A stretch of 64,000 bases of DNA from a virus. The notes beneath the pieces are model-generated. The model ran no database searches, was not told the DNA's origin, and was given only the letters and a program-made list of their open reading frames with translations. The stretch spans positions 110,314-174,313 of the IMG/VR virus record IMGVR_UViG_3300045988_181536; one strand, 5' to 3'. The translations under genes were made by a program, and so were the position numbers. Each line of letters starts with the position of its first letter. Positions within the stretch are counted from its first letter, which is position 1. Positions 20,026 to 29,976 of this stretch are shown piece after piece.

Positions 20026-20340
20026 ATGCTTCGTATTTGTCCATGTGATGGCATAATCATAATGGATAAGGCTTTATTAGAGTTAGTGAAACAAAAAAAG
20101 CTTACTTATCATAAGGCATTGACGGACGAAAAATATAGGAAATATGTCTATTGGTATGAGGTATATTCTCTATCAACAGATGAAGATAGCCAATCAGACT
20201 GTGCTCGAGAATCGAGATTTGACAATTTAAAATCAAAATTTGCTCGACGAAAGCTGTCACGGTTATATCAAGCTATAGAATTTCGACGACGAACGCGCAA
20301 ACCTTGTGATCAAAATAAATCTTCAAAGCGTACATCATAA
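20026..20340 (+). CDS. hypothetical basic protein
   Basis: 104-aa ORF; its 3' end runs into the 112-bp tandem repeat. Confidence 0.3.
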   Translation: MLRICPCDGIIIMDKALLELVKQKKLTYHKALTDEKYRKYVYWYEVYSLSTDEDSQSDCARESRFDNLKSKFARRKLSRLYQAIEFRRRTRKPCDQNKSSKRTS

Positions 20341-20552
20341 TCGGCACAAGACAAATACCACCTATCTCTTCAGGTAGGTGCCCTCACTAAAAAACCAGAA
20401 CTTGACATTCTTGGACATCGGGAGGCCACGCCACTAATAACGTACATCATAATCGGCACAAGACAAATACCACCTATCTCTTCAGGTAGATGCCCTCACT
20501 AAAAAACCAGAACTTGACATTCTTGGACATCGGGAGGCCACGCCACTAATAA
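20329..20552. repeat. tandem direct repeat, 2 x 112 bp (one mismatch)
   Basis: cgtacatcataatcggcacaagacaaataccacctatctcttcaggtag[g/a]tgccc...gccactaataa occurs at 20329-20440 and 20441-20552. Each copy contains the hairpin caccta-N10-taggtg. Confidence 0.9.
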
Positions 20553-20579
20553 CGAAAGGTTTATATACAGCAAAAATAC

Positions 20580-22355
20580 ATGAATGAAACTATAACTGAA
20601 ACACATAAAACCTTATCGAATCCGCCACCTTCGACAAATGGTAAAACTTCGATTTTTGAGAAGAGACGAATCTTGGCATCTCTAGATAAAACGCATCGCG
20701 ATTTTAATACCTATATGCGTAATCTGCAGAAGGTATTGGAGGTGTTTGAGTATCCTTCGTTAAGGCCTAATCAAGTTGAACCTGTAATCCATTTGTTAAA
20801 AGGTCAAGATTTGCTGCTTGTATCTAGTACATCTTCTGGCAAATCTTTTTGCTATATTGCCCCATCCTTAGCGATGGGGTATAAAACCATAGTGTTTTTT
20901 CCTTTGGTAGCGTTAATTCAAGACCAATGGAAAGAGTTGATGCAGAGAGGAGTGCGTGTAGGCGTAGTATCTTCGGGAGTATCATTAACAGAAGCGAATA
21001 AAGCCATGGCCGAATGGGAGCAGGGTGCTTTGGACTTTTTGTTTGTGGCTCCGGAAAGATTGCAAAATAAAAAATTTTTAGAGCTAATGGATAGAGTTCC
21101 CCCTGATTTTGTTGTGGTGGATGAAATTCATTGCGCTTATGAGCAGGCTACCTCGTTTCGATCTTCGTATAAAAAGATAGCGCCATTTGTGGAGCGGGTT
21201 TGTCCAAAACTTTTTCTTGGTCAAACAGCTACGATGTCGGATGATGTAGAAAAGGCTGTTAGAGAAATTTATAATCTAAAGGACACACCTAAGTTAGTTA
21301 AGTCTTATCCAAGACCGAATTTGCATTTTCGTTCAATAAAAATTGAATCGGACAAGGCTGATGATTGGGTATTTCGGGAACTTAATAAATCTCCATTGGT
21401 TCCTAGTATCGTTTATTGTTCTACAGTTAATATGGTATCCGATCTTTACAGGATTTATGGTCCTGCAATTGTTGGGGGTTCCATGATGTACACAGGACAA
21501 ATGTCTCCATCCCAACGTAAAGCCAATCAAACGAATTTTCTTAACGGTAATATTCGTGTGGCTTTTGCTACCAATGCTTTTGGAATGGGCATTAACAAAC
21601 CTGATATTGGCAGAATTATTTTACGCTCGTTTCCAGGAAGCCTGGAGGAATTAATTCAAGAGTTTGGAAGAGGAGGTCGCAACGGTTGTGACTGTGATTG
21701 TGTTTTGTTGGCGGATTATCGTACATTAAATACGCAAAACTTTTTTATCGATACAGCATTTCCTGACATTCGTTATTACTATAAATTTTTTGACGCTTTA
21801 AAACAATTTCAAAATCCCAGTACGCACATGGTTACTGCTACATTAAAAGAGTTGGCAGACAAGATTGGTATTCATCCTATGTGTATTGGGGGCATCAGTG
21901 AGGCGTTGAAAGGTTTTAAGATAATTGATCGCGCTGAACCTACTACAGAGACTCGAATTAGATTTCTTGATTGTCCTGACGATACGTCTTCGGGTGTAGG
22001 TAAAAAATTTGCATTGTATAAAGAGAAAATTGATTTAATAGGTATTGATAATACTGATCTTTCTTGCTTTGAAGTTGATTTAGAATATCTTGCAGAAGAA
22101 GTTGGAGCATCTAATGTAAATACGATTAAAACTAATTTAACTAAATTTCAAAATTTAGGCTGGATAGATGTAAAAATGCCTTCTCGTAGTCAACCAATTA
22201 AGATTATTGGAGATATGTCATTATTTAGTGAAGAAAAAATTAAGCAAGAGCGTGAAAAAAAGAAATTAAAGCTTGAAGAGGTAAAAAATTTTGTTGATAT
22301 TCCTGATCCATATAAGGCAGAGTATCTAGATAAATACTTTGAAACACATAGCTAA
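20580..22355 (+). CDS. RecQ-like superfamily-2 DNA helicase
   Basis: Motif I SSGKSFCY, DEIH box (VVVDEIHCAYEQ), and motifs V/VI VAFATNAFGMGINKPDIGRIILRSFPGSLEELIQEFGRGGRNG, which match the RecQ pattern. Confidence 0.65.
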   Translation: MNETITETHKTLSNPPPSTNGKTSIFEKRRILASLDKTHRDFNTYMRNLQKVLEVFEYPSLRPNQVEPVIHLLKGQDLLLVSSTSSGKSFCYIAPSLAMGYKTIVFFPLVALIQDQWKELMQRGVRVGVVSSGVSLTEANKAMAEWEQGALDFLFVAPERLQNKKFLELMDRVPPDFVVVDEIHCAYEQATSFRSSYKKIAPFVERVCPKLFLGQTATMSDDVEKAVREIYNLKDTPKLVKSYPRPNLHFRSIKIESDKADDWVFRELNKSPLVPSIVYCSTVNMVSDLYRIYGPAIVGGSMMYTGQMSPSQRKANQTNFLNGNIRVAFATNAFGMGINKPDIGRIILRSFPGSLEELIQEFGRGGRNGCDCDCVLLADYRTLNTQNFFIDTAFPDIRYYYKFFDALKQFQNPSTHMVTATLKELADKIGIHPMCIGGISEALKGFKIIDRAEPTTETRIRFLDCPDDTSSGVGKKFALYKEKIDLIGIDNTDLSCFEVDLEYLAEEVGASNVNTIKTNLTKFQNLGWIDVKMPSRSQPIKIIGDMSLFSEEKIKQEREKKKLKLEEVKNFVDIPDPYKAEYLDKYFETHS

Positions 22356-22357
22356 AA

Positions 22358-22876
22358 ATGGAAAATATCGAACAAGATAAACTTTTGGGAGCTTTAAATA
22401 AGGCTTCTGAAGGTTTACAAAATCTAATTTCAAGCGTTAAGACGCAAGACGAAGCGGTTAAGTTATTTGGCGCTGAGAACGTTCAAGAAGGCTCATATCA
22501 GTGCAAAGTTTGCGGAAAATTGGTAAGTTATTCAAAATTAATTATTTTTGATACCCCAGTAGTCAAAGGAGTCACAGCTTATATTTGTCCTGATTGTTGG
22601 AAACTTGTAAATGAAAATAAATTATGGAAGTTAGTTTGTGTAGGGTGTAAAGAATTTAAACAGGCCATGGAGCCTGGAATTAACCCTAAGAACGGTTTTG
22701 AATTTAAACCTGGAAAATGTTATCATCTGTTACAATGTCCATCTTGTCACCCTGAACATTTTGACTTGACCAATAAAAAGCAAGGTGAGGTAATTGCACT
22801 GCCTTTAATTGAAGAGATATTATACGATCAAAAGCTAAAAGAAAGATTTGCTAAACCCTTTAATCCTGAAAAATAA
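22358..22876 (+). CDS. Cys-rich (zinc-binding) hypothetical protein
   Basis: Four CxxC pairs (CKVCGK, CPDCWK, CVGCKE, CPSCHPEH). Confidence 0.35.
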   Translation: MENIEQDKLLGALNKASEGLQNLISSVKTQDEAVKLFGAENVQEGSYQCKVCGKLVSYSKLIIFDTPVVKGVTAYICPDCWKLVNENKLWKLVCVGCKEFKQAMEPGINPKNGFEFKPGKCYHLLQCPSCHPEHFDLTNKKQGEVIALPLIEEILYDQKLKERFAKPFNPEK

Positions 22877-22878
22877 TA

Positions 22879-23355
22879 ATGAAAAAAGAAACTAAAGAAT
22901 CTAAAAAAGACACAACACTTCGCGACATATATAAAATGTACAACAGCGATAAGAGAAAGTTCATAGATACGATTATAAATAGCGGAGAACAATGCATTCT
23001 TCGTGCAGGAAGTTTGACTGTTCCAGTTTACATGGAAGAGTACATAGAAGAGGAATCTCCAGACGAAAAGTTTTACTTCTTCACAGTTACGCCAGAAGTA
23101 CTAGAGGAAGATATTGTAGATCTGAAAATTTTTAACGAGTTTATCAGTGATATGTTATTTTCTGTATCGGATTTTAGCGTATCTGTTAATTCTGAAAATT
23201 TAATTGAAATTGTTTTGGATCCTAAACATTGGAAAGAGTTGTTAACTGAACTAATTGAGGACGTTAGGGAACGTCAGATATTATATGCGAATGTTTGCGA
23301 ATTGACACTTAATCCTTTTCGCCAATTTAATTTTAATACGATAGAAGTAGAGTAA
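22879..23355 (+). CDS. hypothetical acidic protein
   Basis: 158-aa ORF. Confidence 0.3.
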   Translation: MKKETKESKKDTTLRDIYKMYNSDKRKFIDTIINSGEQCILRAGSLTVPVYMEEYIEEESPDEKFYFFTVTPEVLEEDIVDLKIFNEFISDMLFSVSDFSVSVNSENLIEIVLDPKHWKELLTELIEDVRERQILYANVCELTLNPFRQFNFNTIEVE

Positions 23356-23373
23356 AACACTAAAGGAGTCTAC

Positions 23374-24165
23374 ATGAACGAAATAAATCAAGAATATAAT
23401 AGTCAAATAGATAAGCGTTTAAGTGGTATAGATACAATGCCTTGTTATACGAATTTTAAAAGCAAGGAGGTAACAATTGTTCGCTTAGGACATCCCATAG
23501 GGATAACAGAGATGTTGGAGAATAAGAATGGTTCTGTCTTTGGAGGAGCTGTTTATATTCCAAAGGTACTTCGTCGAATTGGTATTCCCATTGTTGTTAG
23601 AACAAATGACAATAGTACCCTGGAAGTCACAGTGCCTGCTACAGATGAACTTTGGGATGCGATTGTGGAAACTCAGTTATTTATGGCTACTAATCCTATG
23701 AGGGTTAAGTTTGATGTTAACGGCATTGCTTATGATATTGTTGTGGATAAAGTTGTGCACAATATGGATAGTCCTGAATATCGTGGTTATGCCAATATTA
23801 AATGGCCAGAAGATCAAGAAGATCCAGATATTCTACGTACTCAACGTGTTTTGTCAAAAGATTTTGGATCTTATAAGACACTGATGGAATATGTGCACAA
23901 AGATTCTTCACTTACTGCAGATATCGGAAATGTGAAGGATTCAGCAACAAGAGATCTTGTGATTCTTTCCTTTGATGGTGACAAAAAAGATTTTTCGATT
24001 GAGTTCCGTGATTCTTCGGTAAGTGTTTACGATGCTGAAGCTATTAGGGCTAAATTGTCGTCACTCTCTAAAAAGACACCAATCAAAACGATGGATTATA
24101 TAAAAGATCCTAAAGCTATTGTGTCCGATATTCGTAAGGGAATGTATTATGTGAAAAAGCTTTAA
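23374..24165 (+). CDS. hypothetical protein
   Basis: 263-aa ORF with an upstream RBS aaggag. Confidence 0.35.
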   Translation: MNEINQEYNSQIDKRLSGIDTMPCYTNFKSKEVTIVRLGHPIGITEMLENKNGSVFGGAVYIPKVLRRIGIPIVVRTNDNSTLEVTVPATDELWDAIVETQLFMATNPMRVKFDVNGIAYDIVVDKVVHNMDSPEYRGYANIKWPEDQEDPDILRTQRVLSKDFGSYKTLMEYVHKDSSLTADIGNVKDSATRDLVILSFDGDKKDFSIEFRDSSVSVYDAEAIRAKLSSLSKKTPIKTMDYIKDPKAIVSDIRKGMYYVKKL

Positions 24166-24190
24166 AAGTTTAAAATGCTTTAGTTAATAA

Positions 24191-24230
24191 TTTAAGGGCG
24201 CCAATTAAGACGCCCTTAAATTATGTTTGC
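24191..24230 (+). terminator. putative terminator hairpin
   Basis: tttaagggcg-ccaattaaga-cgcccttaaa inverted repeat, followed by a weak T-rich tail. Confidence 0.4.
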
Positions 24231-24276
24231 ATTTCAATAGAAAATTTGCCTTAATGTTTGCAGTTCAATAATTATT

Positions 24277-25056
24277 ATGATTCCTGATGAGGACAAATAT
24301 ACGTTAAATAAAGAGACATACGCTGTTGATGATAGTGATTATGTAAGATCATCTTTGGAAAATAAGGTTCAGGCTGCTTTAAAGGAAAGTTTTCCATTGG
24401 AATACGGTGGTGTACGTTTAGAAGTAAAGAATATAAATATTCCAAAGCTTAAGAGATACACCTTAGGCGAACAGAAAAAGGCTTTACTGCAAAATAAATA
24501 TTTAGCCAATAGTGTTAGAGGAGATTTGTATCTTTATGATGCAAAAACTGGTGAACTCTTAGATGTAGCTCCAGAAAGAACTTTAATGAGAGTTCCGTAT
24601 TATACTGAACGTGGCACATTTATTCATAATGGTAACGAGTACAACACTTTAAGACAAATGAGGCTGCGTCCTGGAGTGTATTCTCGGAGAAAATCAAATG
24701 GCGAATTAGAATCACAGTTTAATGTGGAGAGAGGTACAGGCAACGGATTCAGGGTATCTTTAGACCCGTCATCTGGTATTTATAAATTAAATGTAGGGCA
24801 ATCTAGCTCAAATCTTTACTCAATACTACATGACCTTGGTATACCTGATGAAGAACTAGAATCAGCCTGGGGGCCGGATATTTTAGCACGTAATAAACGT
24901 AGATATGACCCAAGAGCTTTATCCAAAGTTCACAGTAAATTGGTACCGAAGCGCATTTCAAAAGCGACAAACAGGGATGAAATGATTGCTGAATTAAAAG
25001 AGGCATTTGATAATCAGCAAATTGATGAAGAAATTAAATTAAGAAATTTAGGATAA
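24277..25056 (+). CDS. RNA polymerase beta subunit N-terminal fragment
   Basis: TERGTFIHNGNEYNTLRQMRLRPGVYSRR aligns to bacterial beta [28 protein letters not shown] (beta lobe 1). Confidence 0.55.
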   Translation: MIPDEDKYTLNKETYAVDDSDYVRSSLENKVQAALKESFPLEYGGVRLEVKNINIPKLKRYTLGEQKKALLQNKYLANSVRGDLYLYDAKTGELLDVAPERTLMRVPYYTERGTFIHNGNEYNTLRQMRLRPGVYSRRKSNGELESQFNVERGTGNGFRVSLDPSSGIYKLNVGQSSSNLYSILHDLGIPDEELESAWGPDILARNKRRYDPRALSKVHSKLVPKRISKATNRDEMIAELKEAFDNQQIDEEIKLRNLG

Positions 25057-25063
25057 TTTATAC

Positions 25064-26206
25064 ATGTCGTTTAACATTAGTAATTTTAAAAAATTTGCGG
25101 ATTACGCTCCAATCTACATTCCAAAGAACACCGTCACCAAAGATGAAGCAAATGTTTGGGCTCAAGATCCAAATAATGCTAAAATTGTACGAGAATTTCA
25201 GCAAAACGTAGATAATTTGGCAAAAGAAAATTACCTTTCAAATGCTGTCAAAGATAATGAGCTTTTAAAAGTTAATAAAAAGGATAATGGCCTGGTGCGA
25301 ATGGGGAAAAATGTTATTAATTCCTCTGCAAATTTTGCTACAGACTTGTATTATAATGCTCCTAAAGCTTTGAAATATGTGTCTCCAATTGGCGCTATTA
25401 CCTCTAAAGTTATGCAATGGAATAAACCTGATTCGCATGCAAAAGTGCAGCAAATGATGAAGGAACATCCGGAGTTGCGTTATTTTTCATCAGGTCTTAA
25501 TGCCTATAAAGGTTATTACGATCCCAATACTATGGCTCGCAATGCAGCGCAAGATGCAAATAACCTTAAAAATGAAATTGATAACAACGCTCTTAGCGCA
25601 GGACTTACTGCTGCAGCAACTGCAGCTACCTTACCTGTAGGTGGCGCGGGCGGTTTAGTTGCACGAGGTGGTAGTTTAGCCGCTTCCAGAATTGCCGCTC
25701 GAACAGGAAGTAAGGGCTTAGGGAAAACTGTAGATTGGGTTTCTAGAAATCTTTTAGAACCTGGCATTCAATATTCAGTTAACCCTATGGCGGCTGTGGG
25801 AGGTGTGGCTAAATCATTAGTCCCAGGAGGCGCACGTTCTTTATCAAGTCGAGCAGTAGAGGGTGCTTTAGGGGCTTCCATATTGCCATGGGGAAATAAT
25901 TCTGTAGATAATGCGTATAAGACGGATTTTAATTTTAAAACTTTCTTAAAAAATAATCCTGAATTTGCGAATTTATCTGATGATGATCAGGGGCGATTAT
26001 ATCAATATTTGCAAGACTTTGGATTTGAAAACTATATACGCAATAATCCAGAATTGTTAAAACGTATTGAAAATACTCCTGAACAGGATCGAGCGAAGCT
26101 ACTTAACGAGTTACGTGCAAATTATAAAGGAGGGATTCCAAATATAAAGGAGCATGCTGCAGAATATAATGAGTTGCGTAATGCTCTTTTAAATGCCAAT
26201 AGGTAG
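25064..26206 (+). CDS. hypothetical protein with a Gly/Ala-rich low-complexity core
   Basis: 380-aa ORF lying between two beta fragments. The central Ala/Gly-rich stretch is GC-rich at the DNA level (about 25.55-25.86 kb). Confidence 0.35.
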   Translation: MSFNISNFKKFADYAPIYIPKNTVTKDEANVWAQDPNNAKIVREFQQNVDNLAKENYLSNAVKDNELLKVNKKDNGLVRMGKNVINSSANFATDLYYNAPKALKYVSPIGAITSKVMQWNKPDSHAKVQQMMKEHPELRYFSSGLNAYKGYYDPNTMARNAAQDANNLKNEIDNNALSAGLTAAATAATLPVGGAGGLVARGGSLAASRIAARTGSKGLGKTVDWVSRNLLEPGIQYSVNPMAAVGGVAKSLVPGGARSLSSRAVEGALGASILPWGNNSVDNAYKTDFNFKTFLKNNPEFANLSDDDQGRLYQYLQDFGFENYIRNNPELLKRIENTPEQDRAKLLNELRANYKGGIPNIKEHAAEYNELRNALLNANR

Positions 26207-26226
26207 TAAGCAGATTGGTTAATATT

Positions 26227-27372
26227 ATGTTTAAGTTTAACACCCATAAAAAAGCATCTACTTCACCATTTCCGAAAATTCAAGTGGCGGAAATGGACAA
26301 AAATACCCCAAGAGCTTCAGTAGGATTGGATTCGGTTATCAAAGCTACAAAAAAACTTTTAGCGATAAATCGCGGAGATACGGATTCTGACGAAAGAGAT
26401 TCTTTAAGATTTAAAAAGATTTTAGGGCCTGATGATTTAATTGCTGAACGGGTCAGATTGGATGCTGGAAAATTGCGCAATGCTTTAATGTTTAAGCTAA
26501 GCAAGAATCGCAGTTTAAAATTCTTCCCGTCCGGAGCTTTTGATTCTTATGCCACTGGACATATTATAGGTAATCCTTTGTCTTTGCCATCAGAAGAAAT
26601 TAATCCGGTTTATAATCTTGATCAACAATCACGAGTGACGGTTTTTGGCCCCGGTGGAGTTTCATCAGCTGATTTAGTATCTGAAGAGGCGCAAAATGTG
26701 CACCCAAGTCAGTTTGGAGTGATTGATGCCGTGGTGGGCCCTGAATGTTTGGTGTTTAATCCGAGATATGAGATTTTAACTGAGACTGGATTTAAATCTA
26801 TAAAGGATATAACTTTAAAAGATAAAATTGGTTATTGGAAGCGTGACGATAGAATCATAGGTTTTACAGAACCGGATAAGATCATATTGCAAGAATACGA
26901 AGGGAATATTGTTGGCATTGACAATGGAGTAATTTTTCAGGAAACAACACCTGATCACCGTGTTTTAATAACGAATCCGGATTTGGCAAAGGATTTGCAA
27001 TATGAGATTGTTGAAGCAAAAGATCTCATAGAAAATCCTTTAAAAGATATTTATTTATTTTCTGTACAGCAGGATTTATGTAAACAATCTTTAAAAATTG
27101 TGCCTGACAATTGTTATGTAAAACATTTTCATGGTCAAATTTGGTGCTTGAAAATTTCCGGTGGTATGTTTGTTATACGTTATGGTTCAGAAGGAATACC
27201 TTATTGGACTGGTAACTCAGAGAAAATAGGAGTTGACGTTAGGCTAGCTTCTATGACAAGAATTGGTAAAAACGGAAAATTATATACTTTATTAAGGGAT
27301 CGAAAAACCGGTAAAAAGGTTTGGATGACACCTGATGAAATAGAGGACAACATTGTAAGTTTTCCGGTTTAA
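26227..27372 (+). CDS. RNA polymerase beta subunit middle fragment containing a mini-intein
   Basis: VFGPGGVSSADLVSEEAQNVHPSQFGVIDAVVGPE aligns to beta [35 protein letters not shown]. Intein blocks A (CLVFNPRYEILTETG) and B (TPDHRVLIT) follow. After the intein, SEKIGVDVRLAS..RDRKTGKKVWMTPDE aligns to beta NIGLINSLS..YRKVTDGVVTDE. The first ATG is taken at 26227. Confidence 0.65.
   Translation: MFKFNTHKKASTSPFPKIQVAEMDKNTPRASVGLDSVIKATKKLLAINRGDTDSDERDSLRFKKILGPDDLIAERVRLDAGKLRNALMFKLSKNRSLKFFPSGAFDSYATGHIIGNPLSLPSEEINPVYNLDQQSRVTVFGPGGVSSADLVSEEAQNVHPSQFGVIDAVVGPECLVFNPRYEILTETGFKSIKDITLKDKIGYWKRDDRIIGFTEPDKIILQEYEGNIVGIDNGVIFQETTPDHRVLITNPDLAKDLQYEIVEAKDLIENPLKDIYLFSVQQDLCKQSLKIVPDNCYVKHFHGQIWCLKISGGMFVIRYGSEGIPYWTGNSEKIGVDVRLASMTRIGKNGKLYTLLRDRKTGKKVWMTPDEIEDNIVSFPV
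26746..27216 (+). other. mini-intein (157 aa) in the RNAP beta fragment
   Basis: Starts with Cys where the Gly of the conserved TPEG would be. Ends ..IPYWTGN followed by Ser. The terminal pair is Gly-Asn, not the usual His-Asn. Confidence 0.55.
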
Positions 27373-27397
27373 TTAAAGAATAATATTAAAATAAAAA

Positions 27398-29008
27398 ATG
27401 ACACAAAAAGAAATTATAGAAAAGGTTATAGACTCTTTAAGAAATGTTTTAAATTCGGAAGAGGAGGTTATTGAGGTTGCAAAAGTTTTCACAAGGGATG
27501 GTTATAGGGAAGCCAGAAAGGCTGATTCTTCGTCATTTCCTTCTGATAAAATCATAGCAAAAGTCTTTGGCAGCTTTAAAGAATTTAAATTCCAACTTTT
27601 AGCTACATTGCAAGGGAGACGTACAGCGGATACTTCCGATTCTGATACCAAACATAGCACAGGTAATTCGGAATACATAGTAGAAGCTGACGGGGTTTTA
27701 TATAATCCAAATACTGAAGATTATGTATTTGATTTCACCAATGTTGCAAATATAGCTAATGTTATAACTATTAAGAAAACTCAACTTTTAGCGATTTTGC
27801 AGGATTATTCGAATTTTGATAATGATCCTCAAACGGTTTCGGCAATTGCTTTAAAACATAAGATTCCTACATTCATATTAGAGAAGATTTTACACAAGCT
27901 CAGATTTAGGCATAATTCCTTGCCTGTTACATCGTCTTATCTGACTGAAGTAAATGATGATGAAAAGGTTGTTGAAGATTTGGCAGCAATTCGTAAATTT
28001 CGTGTAGCTGAAAAATACAATCACCTGCAGTGGAAAGAGATACAGCTAAATGCGAATAAGTGGATTCAGTTTGAGCAATGCATCTATAATCCTATAAAGG
28101 ATGTGCTTTCGACGTTTAAACTTCCCAGAGTTACTCAGGATTGTTTGCCTAAATCAATAAATATAGGGAAAAATTCTTGTAAATTTGCAAAGGATAAATC
28201 ATTTGTTGTTACTTTATCTGATCTTCACTTTGGAGTTTTTACAGATAAAAATAATGTGTTTTATTCTGATAAGGATTGGACTATAGAAAGTACTAAACGT
28301 GCCGTTGATAATTATATTAAACAAATTGTCGATGAACTTTCAAATATGCGCGTTATACCGAAGGAATGTATTATTATTTCCCTTGGGGATATTTTACATT
28401 CAATTACAGGATTTACAGACAAAGGCACTCAATTAATTGTAAATCCTAGAGGTGTGACTCAATTTAAATATGCCTTGGAATCAATTTCTTATTTCCTACA
28501 GCAACTTGCGGCAATTTGGAAGGGTATTTCACGGATAAAGGTTTTAGCTGTGAGTGGGAATCATGATTCATTTGGAGATTGGGTATTGTTTACTTGCCTT
28601 GAACAAATGTTTAAGGATGTTATGGATTTTGAAATCGGCTCATCTCGCTGGTTGATTTTCCAATATGGAGCGAATGCTTGTGTATTGGAACATGGTGCAG
28701 CTGCAAAATATCATAGTAAGGTGCCAAGTGATGATAAATCCAAAGAAAATTATGTGCAAAAATTACTCTTAGAAAAGATAGCCCAATTTAAATCTCCAGT
28801 TTTAAATCGCTATTTCTTTATGGGAGACAGGCACCATTACAATCAAAAAGAGATGTCGTCTTTTGAATTTATTCAATTGCCTACTTTAGTGCCATCGGAT
28901 GATTATGCGGATAACTTAAACTTAAGTAGCCGTGCTCGTCAGATTTGTTTTGTAATGGATGCGCAAAAAGGTATTATTAAAACAATAAACTTTTTTATTG
29001 ACGTTTAA
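27398..29008 (+). CDS. hypothetical protein with C-terminal calcineurin-like metallophosphoesterase motifs
   Basis: LSDLHFG, ISLGDILH and VSGNHDS occur in the canonical order of DxH / GD / GNH(D/E) motifs. Confidence 0.45.
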   Translation: MTQKEIIEKVIDSLRNVLNSEEEVIEVAKVFTRDGYREARKADSSSFPSDKIIAKVFGSFKEFKFQLLATLQGRRTADTSDSDTKHSTGNSEYIVEADGVLYNPNTEDYVFDFTNVANIANVITIKKTQLLAILQDYSNFDNDPQTVSAIALKHKIPTFILEKILHKLRFRHNSLPVTSSYLTEVNDDEKVVEDLAAIRKFRVAEKYNHLQWKEIQLNANKWIQFEQCIYNPIKDVLSTFKLPRVTQDCLPKSINIGKNSCKFAKDKSFVVTLSDLHFGVFTDKNNVFYSDKDWTIESTKRAVDNYIKQIVDELSNMRVIPKECIIISLGDILHSITGFTDKGTQLIVNPRGVTQFKYALESISYFLQQLAAIWKGISRIKVLAVSGNHDSFGDWVLFTCLEQMFKDVMDFEIGSSRWLIFQYGANACVLEHGAAAKYHSKVPSDDKSKENYVQKLLLEKIAQFKSPVLNRYFFMGDRHHYNQKEMSSFEFIQLPTLVPSDDYADNLNLSSRARQICFVMDAQKGIIKTINFFIDV

Positions 29009-29043
29009 GAAATAATTTTGCTTAATTATTCTATAATAATTCT

Positions 29044-29259
29044 ATGGATAAGAAATTTCAAAAGATGCAGCAACAAATAAAGCAAGCTTATGTGCTTGGA
29101 TTTAAAAATCAGTGCAAGATTCTCGGCGCTTCAAAAGAACAAGTGCCTGAGTTAACAAAAATTGCATCGGCACATTTTGACAAGGTTGGCAATCGTTATA
29201 CTCAAAAGGTTGCCAGCTGCAAGGATGCTATTAGAGAAGCTCTAGCTTCTTTAAAGTAG
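29044..29259 (+). CDS. hypothetical small protein
   Basis: 71-aa ORF. Confidence 0.3.
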   Translation: MDKKFQKMQQQIKQAYVLGFKNQCKILGASKEQVPELTKIASAHFDKVGNRYTQKVASCKDAIREALASLK

Positions 29260-29291
29260 TTTTTGCTTTTGTTGCATAGGTTCCTTTTTAA

Positions 29292-29332
29292 GCACACACT
29301 GCTTGAAATGTCTTGCAGTGTGTGCATTTTTG
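29292..29332 (+). terminator. rho-independent terminator
   Basis: Stem gcacacactgc/gcagtgtgtgc, then atttttgtgtt. Confidence 0.55.
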
Positions 29333-29348
29333 TGTTCCTATCTTGGAC

Positions 29349-29972
29349 ATGTTGGTAGATTTAAAGAAGTTAGATGAAGCTTTAAAATTTGTTGCACGTG
29401 CTAATAACCTAACCTTAAAAGGGTTTCTAACAGGAAAAGGTCTTCAGCGCGGTATTATTTATTATCTCAAAAAGGTATGCGATACTCCATCTTTGTATAC
29501 CTTAGAGAAAGTTTTTAATGCTGCAGGATTAAATCCTACAAGTTTTATATTTACACCTTCTTCCAAAACCGTGCCGTTTAACCCTGTGTCTGATCTGTTA
29601 TGTCCGGAAAAAATAGTCACCCGAGATAATTTAAAGTTATTTTTTAAATCATTGATTTACAATTATGGTGATTATCTAATGAGTTTAAGTTTTATCCATA
29701 AATTTTTATCTAATGAATTTCCGGATATTCGTATGGATTTGCTTATTTATGGGGATAAAAAACATGCGTGTTTAACTATAAATTTATCTGACGATAAAGT
29801 TATATACATTTATTTTAGATTGTGGCATAACAAAATTTATAGCTGCTTGGCAGACAGTACAATTCCTGCGGAGAATTTAAACAAGGTTGCGTATGATTCC
29901 TTGACAGCTACGATTATTTTAAAATATTTAAGAATAGTAGACTTAAATACAACTTTGATTAAAACAACATAA
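29349..29972 (+). CDS. hypothetical protein
   Basis: ORF track starts at 29313, inside the terminator hairpin. The ATG at 29349 (MLVDLKK) is more plausible. Confidence 0.3.
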   Translation: MLVDLKKLDEALKFVARANNLTLKGFLTGKGLQRGIIYYLKKVCDTPSLYTLEKVFNAAGLNPTSFIFTPSSKTVPFNPVSDLLCPEKIVTRDNLKLFFKSLIYNYGDYLMSLSFIHKFLSNEFPDIRMDLLIYGDKKHACLTINLSDDKVIYIYFRLWHNKIYSCLADSTIPAENLNKVAYDSLTATIILKYLRIVDLNTTLIKTT

Positions 29973-29976
29973 AATC

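Noticed and set aside
26746-27372. ORF 26215 as a stand-alone Hint/BIL-domain protein or the N-half of a split intein
   Set aside because: After the Hint blocks the sequence resumes colinear RpoB homology (SEKIGVDVRLAS..RDRKTGKKVWMTPDE) in the same ORF. The next beta piece (54202) has no C-intein segment. This is a complete internal mini-intein, not a split one.
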